Positions 25,013 through 38,786 of a DNA stretch of 64,000 nt are shown in pieces. Position 1 is the stretch's first letter, and each line of letters starts with the position of its first letter. Under the pieces are notes generated by a model. The model was given only the letters and a program-made list of their open reading frames with translations. It was not told the DNA's origin and searched no databases. Both the position numbers and the translations under genes were made by a program. The DNA is taken from positions 30,380,001-30,444,000 of the forward strand of contig OX597814.1 in NCBI GenBank assembly GCA_951406725.2. The letters are read 5' to 3'. The stretch is from Octopus vulgaris (lineage: Eukaryota).

Positions 25013-25401
25013 GTTATTATCATCATCCTCATCATCATCATCATCATCATTATGGTGAGCTGGTAGAGTCGTTAGCACGTTGGACAAAGTAATTAGTGGT
25101 ATTTTTCCGACCCATTACGTCTTGAGAGGAAATTCCACCGAGGCAAACTTTGTCTTTCTTCCTTTCGAGGTCGCTAAAATAAAGTACCAGTCAAGTATTG
25201 GGGTCAATGTAACCCATTATCCCCCTCCCTTCAAAACTGATGACCTTGTACGAAAATTAGAAAGGATTATAATTTTTGAAGTTGTTTAGTTGTTTGCTTT
25301 CCGTCTTTCTAAGACCGATAAAATACTGATTTAATCGATCGTGTATTGGCCTCTTTACTGAATGTATCACCTTTTGTTTCAGTTACAAGTTGTTATTGTT
25401 A

Positions 25402-25966
25402 TTGGGTTGTCCGGAAAGTTCGTGCCGATTTTTAAAGGAAAGAAAAAGGTCAATAAATACTTGCCCTTACATTTTGAATCAATCAAATATGAACCATTTT
25501 GTTGCACAATGCGTTTCCATCTTTCCTTTAACTTGAAAATACCCTCTTCCCAGAATTGAGGTGGTTTCATGGCAAAGAATTCATCAAGGTATCTTTTTAC
25601 GTCATCCAAGAAATTGAAATTTTTACCATTAAGACTATTCTGCAGAGACGTGAATAAGTGGAAATCCGAAGGAGCAATATCTGGTGAATATGGAAGTGGG
25701 GTAACACATCCCAGCCGAGCTGCAGCAATTTTTGTCTGGTTGCCAAAGCATCAAGTGCCGAAAATGAACTTTCTTATATTCCCCTTTGAAGGATTACAGA
25801 ATTAACACAGATTATAAGAACATAAACCTTCTTCCACGAAAAGATAGCTTAAACTGTGTTCTAAATGGAGGTGTAGTCAAATCCTATTTTATGGGCTCAA
25901 CCATGTTCTAAAATAAGTTGAAAGGTAAGATTCTATAAATCGGTACGAACTTTCCGGACAACCCAA
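25402..25966 (-). mobile_element. Mariner non-autonomous element, family 1, both TIRs
   Basis: TA-flanked ~30-bp TIRs; C-terminal DDVKRYLDEFFAMKPPQFWEEGIFKLKERWKRIVQQNGSY. Confidence 0.93.
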
Positions 25967-26387
25967 TAATATACTTGGTTATTTTTGATTTAGCAGTTTT
26001 GTAGGAACACTTCGGAAATTCCAGATTAGGTTACTGTGGTTATTACTGCATATTAGTAATGTTGTTATGTTCTTAATAGTGATGACTGATGACTGATGGT
26101 GGTGCTTGTGTTGGTATAAATGCAGTGGAGGATGTTGTTGATAGTATTACTGTTTGTTAGCAGTGTTGGTTGTAGTATTAGTGTTGGTGTTAGTGTAGTT
26201 GTTGCTATTGTTGGTTTTAGCGATGGTGGTGTTAGCATAGTTGCTGTTGTTGTTTGTGGTAGTGGTTATGGTGCTAGTGGTGGCGTTGGTGGTTTTGGTG
26301 TTTAGTGCTGTCGTCACTTCGGTTGGCTTTATTCTTGGTAGTGTTGTTATTACTAATAGCGTTGGTTGAAGTGATGGTTTGTTATTT

Positions 26388-26620
26388 AAAGGCGGCGAGC
26401 TGGCAGAAACGTTAGCACGCCGGGCGAAATGCTTTGCGGTATTTCGTCTGCGTTACGTTGTGAGTTCAAATTCCACCGAGGTCGACTTTGCCTTTCATCC
26501 TTTCGAGGTCGATAAATTAAGTACCAGTTACGCACTGGGGTCGATGTAATCGACTTAATCCGTTTGTCTGTCCTTGTTTGTCCCCTCTGTGTTTAGCCCC
26601 TTGTGGGTAATAAAGAAATA
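26388..26620 (+). mobile_element. SINE family B
   Basis: TSD GGTTTGTTATTT at 26376-26387 and 26621-26632; empty site visible in the paralogous segment near 23189. Confidence 0.93.
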
Positions 26621-27048
26621 GGTTTGTTATTTGCAGTGGTGAGGACAAGGTGATCGATGTTATTGTTGTTAGAAATGTTCGTACTTGTAATAGTGCTGTT
26701 GGTGCTAGTACTAGCGTGGTTGTTGTTGTGGTTAGTGTTGTTGCTGTTGTTAGTGGTGTTGGTTGTTGTGATGATGGTGTTGGTGTCAGTGCGGCTGATG
26801 TTATGGTTGGTAGTGGTCTTTACACTTCAACTACTTAAAGAACAATCGTATTTTGCCGTAACAACTTGTTTATTTTGAAGACATTCTTGATTCAAATTAA
26901 AACAAGAATTTAAGGAAAAACAAATAAAAACATCGGAAAAAGAAAAGCGAAAAGAACGGTAAGCGGAAGCAATTACATTCCCTTATGGAAAATTGCTAAG
27001 TTGTATGAAGCAATAGGAAATTTCCATTCGTCAGAAATGACTGGGAAA

Positions 27049-27092
<44 letters not shown>

Positions 27093-27246
27093 GCACGCAA
27101 CACATTGTTATCTGAAGAGAATACATACAAATTATATTGTCTGTGTGAAACAAACGTACATTTGCGTTTTAAGTTACTGCAGTAACCAGTATTCATCCAA
27201 TGAAATAGCTAAGTATCTCTTTACTTAGTTAAGAGTTATACTATGA

Positions 27247-27287
27247 TTCACTGATGAGATTTAATAATATCGAAATATGTCCAGAGT
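27247..27287 (+). ncRNA. Hammerhead motif, stem I degenerate
   Basis: CTGATGA gat-ttaataat-atc GAAA tatg TC cagagt: intact core, 3-bp stem II, near-palindromic stem III, GUC triplet. Confidence 0.55.
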
Positions 27288-27542
27288 TGTCCCTGTATTA
27301 CTAAATATCAGAGTCATTTTTTTTCTGTTTATGTACGTAATTTCTTTTTTTTTTGCCACTGTTGAAAGCGGGTTAGTAGTCGATATTACCCCCGTCCTAT
27401 TTTCCATGTCTAAACTATTCATTATGAAGAACTACCACCATTTCTGGATCCCACATTTATTCACTGTTAGTCTCTTCGGCTATCTTATTTCTTTCACTAT
27501 ACACGTACAAATAAATATATTTACATACATATGTACATGTGT

Positions 27543-27710
27543 AGGCGCAGGAGTGGCTGTGCGGTAAGTAGCTTACTTACGAACCACATCGTTCCGGGTT
27601 CAGTCCCACTGCGTGGCACCTTGAGCAAGTGTCTTCTACTATAGCCTCGGGTCGCCCAAAGCCTTGTGAGTGGATATTCGGCAGACGGAAACTGAAAGAA
27701 GCCCGTCGTA

Positions 27711-27763
<53 letters not shown>

Positions 27764-27986
27764 GTGTGTGTATATGTTTGTGTGTGTGTTTGTCCCCCCA
27801 ACATCGCTTGACAACCGATGCTGGTGTGTTTACGTCCCCGTAACTTAGCCGTTCGGCAAAAGAGACCGATAGAATAAGTACTAGGCTTACAAAGAATAAG
27901 TCCTAGGGTAGATTTGTACGACTAAAGGCGATGCTCCAGCATGGCCACAGTCAAATACCTGAAACAAGTAAAGAGTAAAGAGAGTA
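27543..27986 (+). mobile_element. SINE family A
   Basis: Full-length copy. Confidence 0.92.
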
Positions 27987-28495
27987 TAAACACACAAACA
28001 AAAATGCAAGCATATATATATATATATATATATACCCACATATAGACTAGATTTTTATGTAGAAAATCTGGTTTAAAAATACTGATTAAAATATTCATGA
28101 AGTCTCGATGCTTGTGAAGGAGAACACACACAAGCTGGCATACGATCCAATTGGATTGTTCAACAAACACTGACTGGACATGCCAATATGCTGAATTCAG
28201 TTCCCAGCAACTTGATCTTCGTAGTAAATTTGACTCTACTCTTGATATAGAGTAAATCCCTGAACTGACAGTTGAAAATACGGAAGAACTTTCACTATTG
28301 CAATAGCTTTATTTCACCATCAAAAGAAGACCTTGAAGTAGCAAAGACATTTCTGGTGTTTATTTCATTTGCTCAATTATTCTTAAAAGCACTTTGAAAT
28401 AATATCACTATCCTAGCACACACACAAACACACAGTCACACACACACACACACGGGCGCACACACGCGCGCGCACACATTCTACGCATACCTATG

Positions 28496-28768
28496 CAGTG
28501 CCATGCAAGAGTCTTCGGCCACTTTAAACTATTGTAAATTTCTACTAATTACCAACTTATAAGTTGCACGGACATTTTTGTAGATCGTCTCGCATCCCCT
28601 CTCATTCAGAACCCCTACTAAAAATATAATGATTAGGTATGGAAATGACTCCGACAGGGCCAATGTTTCATTTGTAAAAAAATGCAGTGTGAAACATCCA
28701 CTTAAAAGTTGGCAATTAGTAAAAATTTACAACAGTTTAAAGTGGCCGAACACTTTTGCACGATACTG
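28496..28768. mobile_element. Tc1-type MITE
   Basis: ~70-bp TIRs CAGTGCCATGCAAGAGTCTTCGGCCACTTTAAACT / AGTTTAAAGTGGCCGAACACTTTTGCACGATACTG; TA on right flank. Confidence 0.8.
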
Positions 28769-28827
28769 TATCATAGATATGAGATGCTTTATATGAAATA
28801 GGCAACATTCATTTCAATACACAGGTA

Positions 28828-29413
28828 CGAGGGGCGTTCAATAAGTAATGCCCCTGACCCACTTCTCATAGCAGTAGAGCAACGAAACTTGGCACAGTTA
28901 TTAGTCTCTTTCAACATAGGAACCACCCAGAGTTACGCATTTCTCCCATCGTTTGATGCAGCTCTGGAGACCGTTTTTGTAGAAGACTCCAGCTTGGTCC
29001 TCCAACCACGACGTCACTTCAGAAATCAATGCTGTATCATCTGGGAAACGCTTTCCTTTCAAAAACAACCTCATGGCTGGGAAGAGGTGAAAATCAGAGA
29101 GTGCAAGGTCAGGAGAGTTGGGGGATGGGGGAGGAGTTCATAGCCGCACGCCTGTGCTTCTGATCTGGCAACACGCGAGTTGTGGACCGGAGCGTTGTCC
29201 TGCAGGAGTAGGATGCCTTTGCTGATCTTGCCCCGCCTCTTGATTTTGATAGCTTCTCTTAATTTCCTCAAAAGTGAAGCATAATAGGCTCCTGTAATTG
29301 TGGTACCCTTTGCCACTTAATCTATAGAGATAGAAATGATTTCACATGCAAAATTTCAGCTAGATCAAACAACTGCAAATGGGTCAGGGGCATTACTTAT
29401 TGATCGTCCCTCA
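28828..29413 (-). mobile_element. Mariner non-autonomous element, family 2
   Basis: TA-flanked TIRs CGAGGGGCGTTCAATAAGTAATGCCCCTGACCC; AKGTTITGAYYASLLRKLREAIKIKRRGK..LLQDNAPVH..YELLPHPP. Confidence 0.93.
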
Positions 29414-29561
29414 TATTTCAGGCTCTTGGCTTTTAAACACGATAGCTCAGAAATAGAAAATAATTAAAATAAAATAAGATTCGAAATTATGTTGTCAAAA
29501 ATCAACCATCATAATAAAAATTTTCCTCTAAAACACTTCAAGATGAAACACAAATTCTCTC

Positions 29562-29625
<64 letters not shown>

Positions 29626-29677
29626 GTTCTATCATTTTTAACGTATTATTCTTTTTCTCTCTATACTTCTCTTTCAC

Positions 29678-30196
<519 letters not shown>

Positions 30197-30299
30197 TGAG
30201 CGAGCTCTGGTCGCCATAGCGTCGACTGGGGGCCGGTAGCTGTGGACATATATATATATGTATATACATCCATACATATATATATATATATACACACAT

Positions 30300-30343
<44 letters not shown>

Positions 30344-30429
30344 CCATATATATATATATATACACATCCATATATATACATCCATATATATAGATGTATA
30401 TATATATATACATCCATATACATACAATA

Positions 30430-30740
30430 GAGAGATGCTTTCGTTTCACTTTTAATACGTAATACTGAAATAGTGGGGAAGATGTGATATTGCTGTGGGC
30501 TCGCCCTAGGCAAGAAGTTAAATATTTTTTTGCCCATGACACTACATGGCCCCTAAGTAAGGCATGTGTAAAATTTGAATGAAATTGGTTGTGTAGTTCT
30601 CAAGTTTTAGGGATTCATATTGGAGAAGATATGATATTGCTATGGGCTTGCCCTAGGCAAGAAGTGTAGTTGTCAAGTTTTAGGCATTCACACAGACAGA
30701 CAGACAGACACACATTCTCAGTTATATATATATATATAGA
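30430..30740 (-). mobile_element. Non-autonomous Helitron-like 5' fragment
   Basis: Minus strand begins TCTATATATATATA..ACTGAGAATGTGTGTCTGTCTGTCTG (5' TC plus (TGTC)n); internal direct repeat GATATTGCT.TGGGCT.GCCCTAGGCAAGAAGT. Confidence 0.6.
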
Positions 30741-30857
30741 GATAGATACATATATGTAGATATACATAGCTACATATTTGTACTTGTATATGAATGCGTG
30801 TGTTTATTTTGTCAGACACTTGGTATCTTACAGCAGAAAAAGTGTGTGTGTGTCTAT

Positions 30858-30901
<44 letters not shown>

Positions 30902-30941
30902 GTGTCTATGTGTATGTGTGTGTGTGTGCGTGTGTGTCTAT

Positions 30942-30997
<56 letters not shown>

Positions 30998-31777
30998 ATC
31001 GTCACGAATAAGCTACAATTTTAGGTATTTAGGGTGGGGTCCTGTTTTAAACACGCGCCAGTGCAAATGATAGGATAAAGGGTTTCACAGTTTATAAGTA
31101 TAGTAGTATTCCTAATACATCTGAATAAAGAATTTGAAATGTTAAGTATGATTTTTTTAAATGTTATTGACGTCATAACTATATTTACAAGTTATTATTT
31201 TAATAAACCTGCGAGCTGGCGGAAACGTTAGCTCTCCGGGCGAAATGTTTTGTGGTATTTCGTCCTGAGTTCAAATTCCGCCGAGGTCGACTTTGCCTAT
31301 ATTTTGCGTGCGTTATTTCAATGAGCTAACGAGAGGTTTCCTTCGTTGTCAGTCGAGCGGTTAGAAGTAGTATCTAAATATACCTTAGGTCACAGTATAT
31401 CATCGTCACGTTGGATAATGTGGTCCTGTGTCCATTGTACTTAGGAAAGCACAAGATGGTCACGATTGGAATGCCCTTAATCGGTGGTCAACTCGATCAG
31501 GCCTGACACATGTCTCACCACCATCACAACAACAACAAGAACGACAATTGTTTCTGATTTAAATACAAAGCTAGCAATTTCGAAGGGAGTTGGGGGAGGC
31601 TTTTCAGTCACATCGACTCAAGTACTTGACACAATAATGATTACAATGGCAAGGCCGGCAACAGTTGGTGTTGGCAATATTGCTGTTTCGATGCCGGGCT
31701 GAATGAGAAGACAAAGTCTAGTCGAAAAGAATAAATCAAACAGTTTACTTGGTAGTTAATATGAAAATACAGGAGCT

Positions 31778-32159
31778 CTGGAAGCACTCCGTCGGTTACG
31801 ATGACGAGGGTTCCGGTTGATCCGATCAACGGAACAGCCTGCTCGTGAAATTAACGTGTAAGTGGCTGAGCACTCCACAGACACATGTACCCTTAACGCA
31901 GTTCTCGGGGATATTCAGCGTGACACAGAGAGTGACAAGGCCGGCCCTTTGAAATACAGGCACAACAGAAACAGGAAGTAAGAGTGAGAGAAAGTTGTGG
32001 TGAAAGAGTACAGCAGGGATCATCACCATCCCTGCCGGAGCCTCGTGGAGCTTTAGGTGTTTTCGCTCAATAAACACTCACAACGCCCGGTCTGGGAATC
32101 GAAACCGCGATCCTACGACCGCGAGTCCGCTGCCCTAACCACTGGGCCATTGCGCCTCC
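31778..32159 (-). mobile_element. SINE family C, full length
   Basis: TSD ACAGGAGCT at 31769-31777 and 32160-32168. Confidence 0.92.
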
Positions 32160-32994
32160 ACAGGAGCTATACGTAGTAGCTAAATGTCACATTTTGCCAT
32201 ATTAAAAGAGGAAGACGATGTAGTTATAGATGAACTATGTTTGGGAAAAAATGTGTGATGGTCACAGTTTAATTGCCTTTTGAACATAGCTCTGCTCAGT
32301 CAGAGCTTGGTTGAGGCTAGACGACGAGAGCAACAATAATATTGAGAATCATCACTAGAGATATGAGCATTTTGGTAAACGCTAAGACCTATATTCACAC
32401 CACTACGTTGCTATCGTTGCTATTATAGTTATTTAAGATCAGGGTACTTTGATCCAAGACACCTATGATCATTACGACTGTGATAATTCCATATTTTATG
32501 TATTTATGGCTACCTTGGGTGGCATTAATGAATGTTTTCTTTCTATTACTATTACAGTAGGGTGTGCTTTGAAGCAGATTTTGGATGTGATTAGAGAGCC
32601 TTCAATACTAAATATACACTTTCCGTTTTAAGGTATGATTTGAGGGGAAATTCGCTTGCTATTTCAAGTTGGTCGAGTGATCACACAGCGGATCCTGTCC
32701 TTTAAAGTAACCAATAGAATAGCAGTATTATCAGGCCTAATATTTCAAACAGGTTAGTGAAACAAAAAATATGATCACACTGTTCCACTGTAGATCCTGA
32801 ATACTTGGAGGTGGCCTAAATGTACTGTGTAGGCCGAGCTAGGCAGAGACAGGGAACATTTGGAGCATTGCTTCTGCGGATAAAATTTTGTTATTCAGCT
32901 GACCAGGTACCATAGGTCAATTCGACCTGAGATAATTTGGATCTACACATCAATAAAAACAGATACAATTGTGAGAAGAACAGCAGTTTATTAT

Positions 32995-33435
32995 TGCTGG
33001 CGAGTCTGCAGAATTTTGAGTGTGTCAAAAAAAAAAAAAAAATCTTATGGGGTATTTCTTTTTTTTTTTTTACGTTCTGATTTAAAATTCCGCCGAAGTC
33101 AGCTTTGACTTTTATCTCTCCGGACTCGATAGACTAGAAAACTATCAAGTATTGAGATCGACGGAGTCGATTAAACCTTTCACTAAAAATTGTTGGCGTT
33201 GTGTCTAAAGAAATACTAATGGCGGTGTGTTGGCAGAATCGATAGAGCATCAGGAGACATCCTTTGCTATATTTATTCAGACCCTTTACATTCTGGATTC
33301 AAATCCCACCGAGGTCAACCTTGCCTTTCATCCTTTCGGGATGATAAAATAAAGTATCAATCAAATACTGGGAGTGATGTTACCAACTAAGCTCCACTCC
33401 TCAAAATTGTTGGTCTTGTGCCAAAATTTGAAATC
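32995..33435 (+). mobile_element. Two old tandem family B-related SINE units
   Basis: Degenerate AAAT(T/C)CC.CCGA.GTC..C.TTG.CTTT.ATC motif twice. Confidence 0.65.
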
Positions 33436-34057
33436 AAAATTATCATTATTCCTTGAATACAACAAAATAAAAGCAAACCTATGGACAAAGACATTCCGAC
33501 AGTGAGCATTCTGTCTTTGTATCTTGGACTACATTATCCTAGATATATATATCTCTTGCCATTTTTAAGATGGTTTGAGTGTGATTTGAAGATTTGTGTG
33601 CTATTCCTAGTAGGTTGAGCGACCACGTAAGGCTGCCACGCTTCCTTGAATCTGTCTTCTCATAGAAAGGTGTGTTACGAGAAAGTTTCTAAGAGAATAA
33701 ACATTATAGTAACATCAAACCTTTCCTCGGGCTTGGAGACAGAAGTCCACTGCTGTGAGCGGCAAACATATATTGCATACAGTGATCAGTTCTCTTGAGG
33801 GTGTGTCGTGATGAGTGCAAAAATACCAGAGAACAAAGAAAGGAACATATGTTGTAGCAGCAGTTACAACAACAACGAACCACCGTGGGAGGTTTACGTG
33901 GCTGCTTAACCTGCTAGAAACAGCACACAAATCTCCCTCAAGCCACAGCCTATCTTAAAAATGGCAGGAGACATATGTATGTAGGATAATGTAATCTTAG
34001 ATAGATTTGTAGTCTGCTTACTGCCGGAATGTCTTTTGTCTTCCGTCTTTTAATTTT

Positions 34058-34475
34058 TTCTTTTACTTATTTCAGTCGCTGAACTGCGGCCATGCTGGGG
34101 CATCACCATGAAAGGTTGAGTCAAGCAATCACCCTAAATACTAGTCTTTCAAATCTAGTACTTATTCTATTGATATCTTTGCCGAACCGCCAAGTTACGG
34201 AAAGTGTAATAAAAATCCCAACATCGGTGGTCAAACGGTTGTGGTGGTGGTGTTGTTGTTGGTGGTGGTGGAGGACAAACACAATGCAAACATAAACACA
34301 CACACATACACGACGGGCTTCCACACAATTTCCATTCTATTAGATTCACTCACAAGGCATTGGTCGACTAGAAGCTGACGTAGAAGGCACTAGCTCAAAG
34401 CGTCGTGCTGTGAGGCTGAACTCAAAACTACGTCGTTGCAACGCGAGCTTCTAAACCACAGAGTCCTGCTTTCGC
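34058..34475 (-). mobile_element. SINE family A, diverged
   Basis: CTGCGGCCATGCTGG, GCCGAACCGC, CGACGGGCTT modules. Confidence 0.7.
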
Positions 34476-36683
34476 CTCTTCATATGTTGGCTCAGTCAGT
34501 GTTGATACGGTGCTAAATAACAATACTGATTGTTTTTGTAGCTGGTACTTGACCTGTCAAATGACACAACATGTGCCAAACGGATGAGTTGATGCTCTGT
34601 CGTCTTTTCTTCAACATGACTCATGATATGATGGTAACCTGACGAGGTGTTCCGTTTTGTATTTTTCTCGAACTTACGGTTTCCAGTTAAATTCGTTAGT
34701 CTTAAGAAGGATGAGATGTACCAGGTTGACTTCCCTCCCGATACATTACATAAGGTGCGGAACGAGGAGGGTGGTCCGCCCAGGCGATGCTTTTTGGGGT
34801 GTCTGTTGTGAAGTCTGTGTGTGAAGGTGCGTAGCCTGGTGGTTAGGGTGATGAACTCACGATCACAAGAACGTGGTTTCAATTCCCCGATTGAGCGGTG
34901 CATTGTATTCTTGAGAAAATACTTCATTGCTCCAGTTAACTCAAGGGGAATCTTGCGATCTCGGTCTCTTGTATGTAGTGGAAACCTGGTAACCGGTTTA
35001 AGAGACCTAGAACTCGAGATAATAATGTCCAGGGGTTGATGATGGTATAAGCCTTATAGGCTTGAAGGCAGCAAACCAAAGGGCTACCCCAGGTGGTACA
35101 CACCCTAGCTATACCACTGCATAAAGGCAAACGTTTCGGTGATGACAATAAAATGTGTTAAACTTCAGACTGAAAACTACCCCTTCACTTTTCGCCCAGT
35201 TCGCATCCTTTTACCGACAGTACGCTATTTCAGCAAGCTTAAGAGGAAGCTTCTATGTGGCCGATTGACCCTTTGGAAGCAGTTTTCAAATGTTCCTCAA
35301 ATTACACTCCATCGTCTTAAAAGAACGCAAGGGCACCCTAAATTATGTGATCTTAAACACAATATTTTATCTTTTGTTTGTTTCAGTCATTAGACTACTA
35401 GTATGATATTTTTTTTACTCCTTAAGGATGAAAGGCAAAGTTAACCTTGGTGGGATTTGAGCTTAGAACCTAAAGAACCACCACCTTTTTGTTTTTAATG
35501 AGCTGACAAGGTAGGGGTTTTATCTATATAGCTTTTCTTTCTTTCTTCGCCATGATGTTTGACAAGATTCTAAAGTTAGAAACTATTCTAATATTATTAA
35601 ACATGGAAATTTACTTAGCCCATTTTAGTTCTCACGACACCACTTCTCCAGGGGTGAGGCTAGCCTTTATCTTTATGAGGAACACTAATTACATCGACTA
35701 CATTTTGCCTCTCACTACTAAAAATAAATACTTATGGCCATGTGATTATGGTTAGGAATATATTTCCGAGAAGTATTTTTGCTTCGTTGTAGAAGTGGGT
35801 ATACGTGTGTGGTGTTCCAACAGCTTGTCGACTGCACTGTGAGAGTGGAAACAAACTTGAATATCCAGTGAAGTGTTTGATTTGAGGAAAATGTAATAAC
35901 TAAATGTAATAACTTACACGATGCTAGAGCCAATGGAGAGTGGACAAACAACAACAAAAATTATTTTTATACAAGGAAACTATTCGAAGTTTGTGTGATT
36001 CTGGCTGAATGTAGGAATATCGGTTTTGCTGGTGAGTTATTTTCAGTCTTCTGGGAACAGCATGTATCTATTTCTCATTGAGACTCTTTGTAAACAATCT
36101 TTCTAGAATGTTATTCAGGTTAAATATCATCCATTTGTCATATGAACTTCATTTCTGTCTAGTGAAGTGGCATAAGAGCCTGTTATGAATGTATCCTTGT
36201 ATTATATCCAATACTAATTATTTTATCCAGTTCTAATTAACAAGGATGTTGGTATTTTTCCGTGAGTAGGTTTTTCAAACTCTTACAAAGAAAGCACTAT
36301 GTTTGCTTTTGAATGTTTCACGCTTAGACTCCCCCCCCCTTCTCCCCCTCTCTCTCTACTTTTTGTATTTTATTCTCTTTCATTTTCTCTTTTTTCCTCA
36401 ATTTCTCTCTCTCTCTCTATATATATATTTCTCTCTGTCTCTGTCTCTCTCTCTCACACACTTTAGATGTGTGTATGTGTTTGTATGTGTATGAAACTAT
36501 TTTGTTTTTTTTTTCTTTGTTACTGCGTTGAACCAAATCTTTAACTCAATTTCTTTCGGCTCTTTGCATTCTGAGTTCAAATCCTGCCGAGGTCAACTTT
36601 TCTCTTAATCGTTTCAGAGATAGATAGAATAGAGTATCAGTTAGATGCTGACATTATGCCCTTGTCCTGTTGCTGCTACTGCA

Positions 36684-36726
<43 letters not shown>

Positions 36727-37696
36727 ATCTAGTTGTTGCCATAGAAGAACTGAAATGTTATTTCTTCTCAAAAACCATATAGGCAATTTTGGCAAGGAGT
36801 GGTCGAGTTGGAGAGAGAAGAGAAGAGAAGAGAACTACTTGAAAATTTCCTCTTCGTGATGCGTAGACATCCTGGTAGAAACCCTATTTCTCTACAAGCG
36901 ACACTTATAAGGAGATTTGAGATCGCTATTACTAACTAATGAAACAAAACACTCCTCAAGTCTAACTGTACATTGGGTTTTTACAGTGCCTAGCACCACC
37001 ACCACCACAGTGTTTTGACGATGGGAACAGCAACGTTGTTGTTGTTTAACCCTGGGTTAACTCCGATTGAGCAGGATGGTGATCAAAGGAGTTACAGCTG
37101 TTACTGTCAGGTTGACTGCTTTTTTTTAAGAATATAGGCACAGATGTGACTGTGTGGTAAAAACTTTTTTCTCAACCACATAATTCTGGGTTCAGTCCCA
37201 TCGCGTGGTGCCTTAGGGCGATCAAAGCCTTGTTGGTGGATTTGGTAGACGGTAACTGAAAGAAGCCCGTCGAATATATATCTTATACATAAGTGACAGT
37301 TTCTATCTGTTACCTTCTTGCTGCCCTATACCAGTGAACAACTTTTGACAAAACTTTGCATATATGTTAAACTAACATCCAGCTCAATTATAGGCTAATT
37401 GGATTTCAATAAATATCTCTAATGGACCCCCGAGTGGGGTTGGGCTATTATTTGATAAAATAAGAAGGGTGCAAGAGTGTTAGTATGAGGGAAATGTGGT
37501 GGCATAGAGGGTGTGGGTGATATCAGGGAAGGGGAGAAATATGGAGTGGCAGTGGGATAGTAATGTTAATACAGCTGTCATTCGGGGATTTACACACGAT
37601 GCTGCATACATACTTTTGTAAATACATTGATACATGCATACACACACACTGAACACGCACACACAAGCACACACACACATGCCCATACACATACGT

Positions 37697-38168
<472 letters not shown>

Positions 38169-38359
38169 ATAATTACTAAGTAAATTTTTTTATTGAACAT
38201 AAATTTATTGCATTACTTAATAAACTATGAAAACTAATGAAAAAAAAATATTGCAGAAGTTCTAGGAAATAAAAAAGAAACTCAATGAGAAACCAGAAAA
38301 CTGAAATACAAATGGGCGTTACTTCTGTTGTACCCTGTAGTATGTGCTTAGTAATAATT

Positions 38360-38523
38360 AGGCGCAGGAGTGGCTGTGTGATAAGTAGCTTGCTTACCAA
38401 CCACATGGTTCCGGGTTCAGTCCCACTGCGTGGCACCTTGGGCAAGTGTCTTCTACTATAGCCTCGGGCCGACCAAAATCTTGTGAGTGGATTTGGTAGA
38501 CAGAAACTGAAAGAAACCCGTCG

Positions 38524-38572
<49 letters not shown>

Positions 38573-38786
38573 ACGTGTGTGTGTTTGTGTGTCTGTGTTT
38601 GTCATTCCAACATCGCTTGACAACCGATGCTGGTGTGTTTACGTCCCCGTAACTTAGCGGTTCGGCAAAAGAGACCGATAGAATAAGTACTAGGCTTACA
38701 AAGAATAAGTCCTGGGGTAGATTTGCTCGACTAAAGGTGGTGCTGCAGCATGGCCGCAGTCAACTGACTGAAAAAAGTAAAAGAGT
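38360..38786 (+). mobile_element. SINE family A
   Basis: Full-length copy, head-to-head with 37697-38168. Confidence 0.92.

Noticed and set aside
34496-34927. 143-aa minus-strand ORF
   Set aside because: N-terminus derives from a degenerate SINE head; remainder only faintly RTE-like (HQLIRLAHVV)
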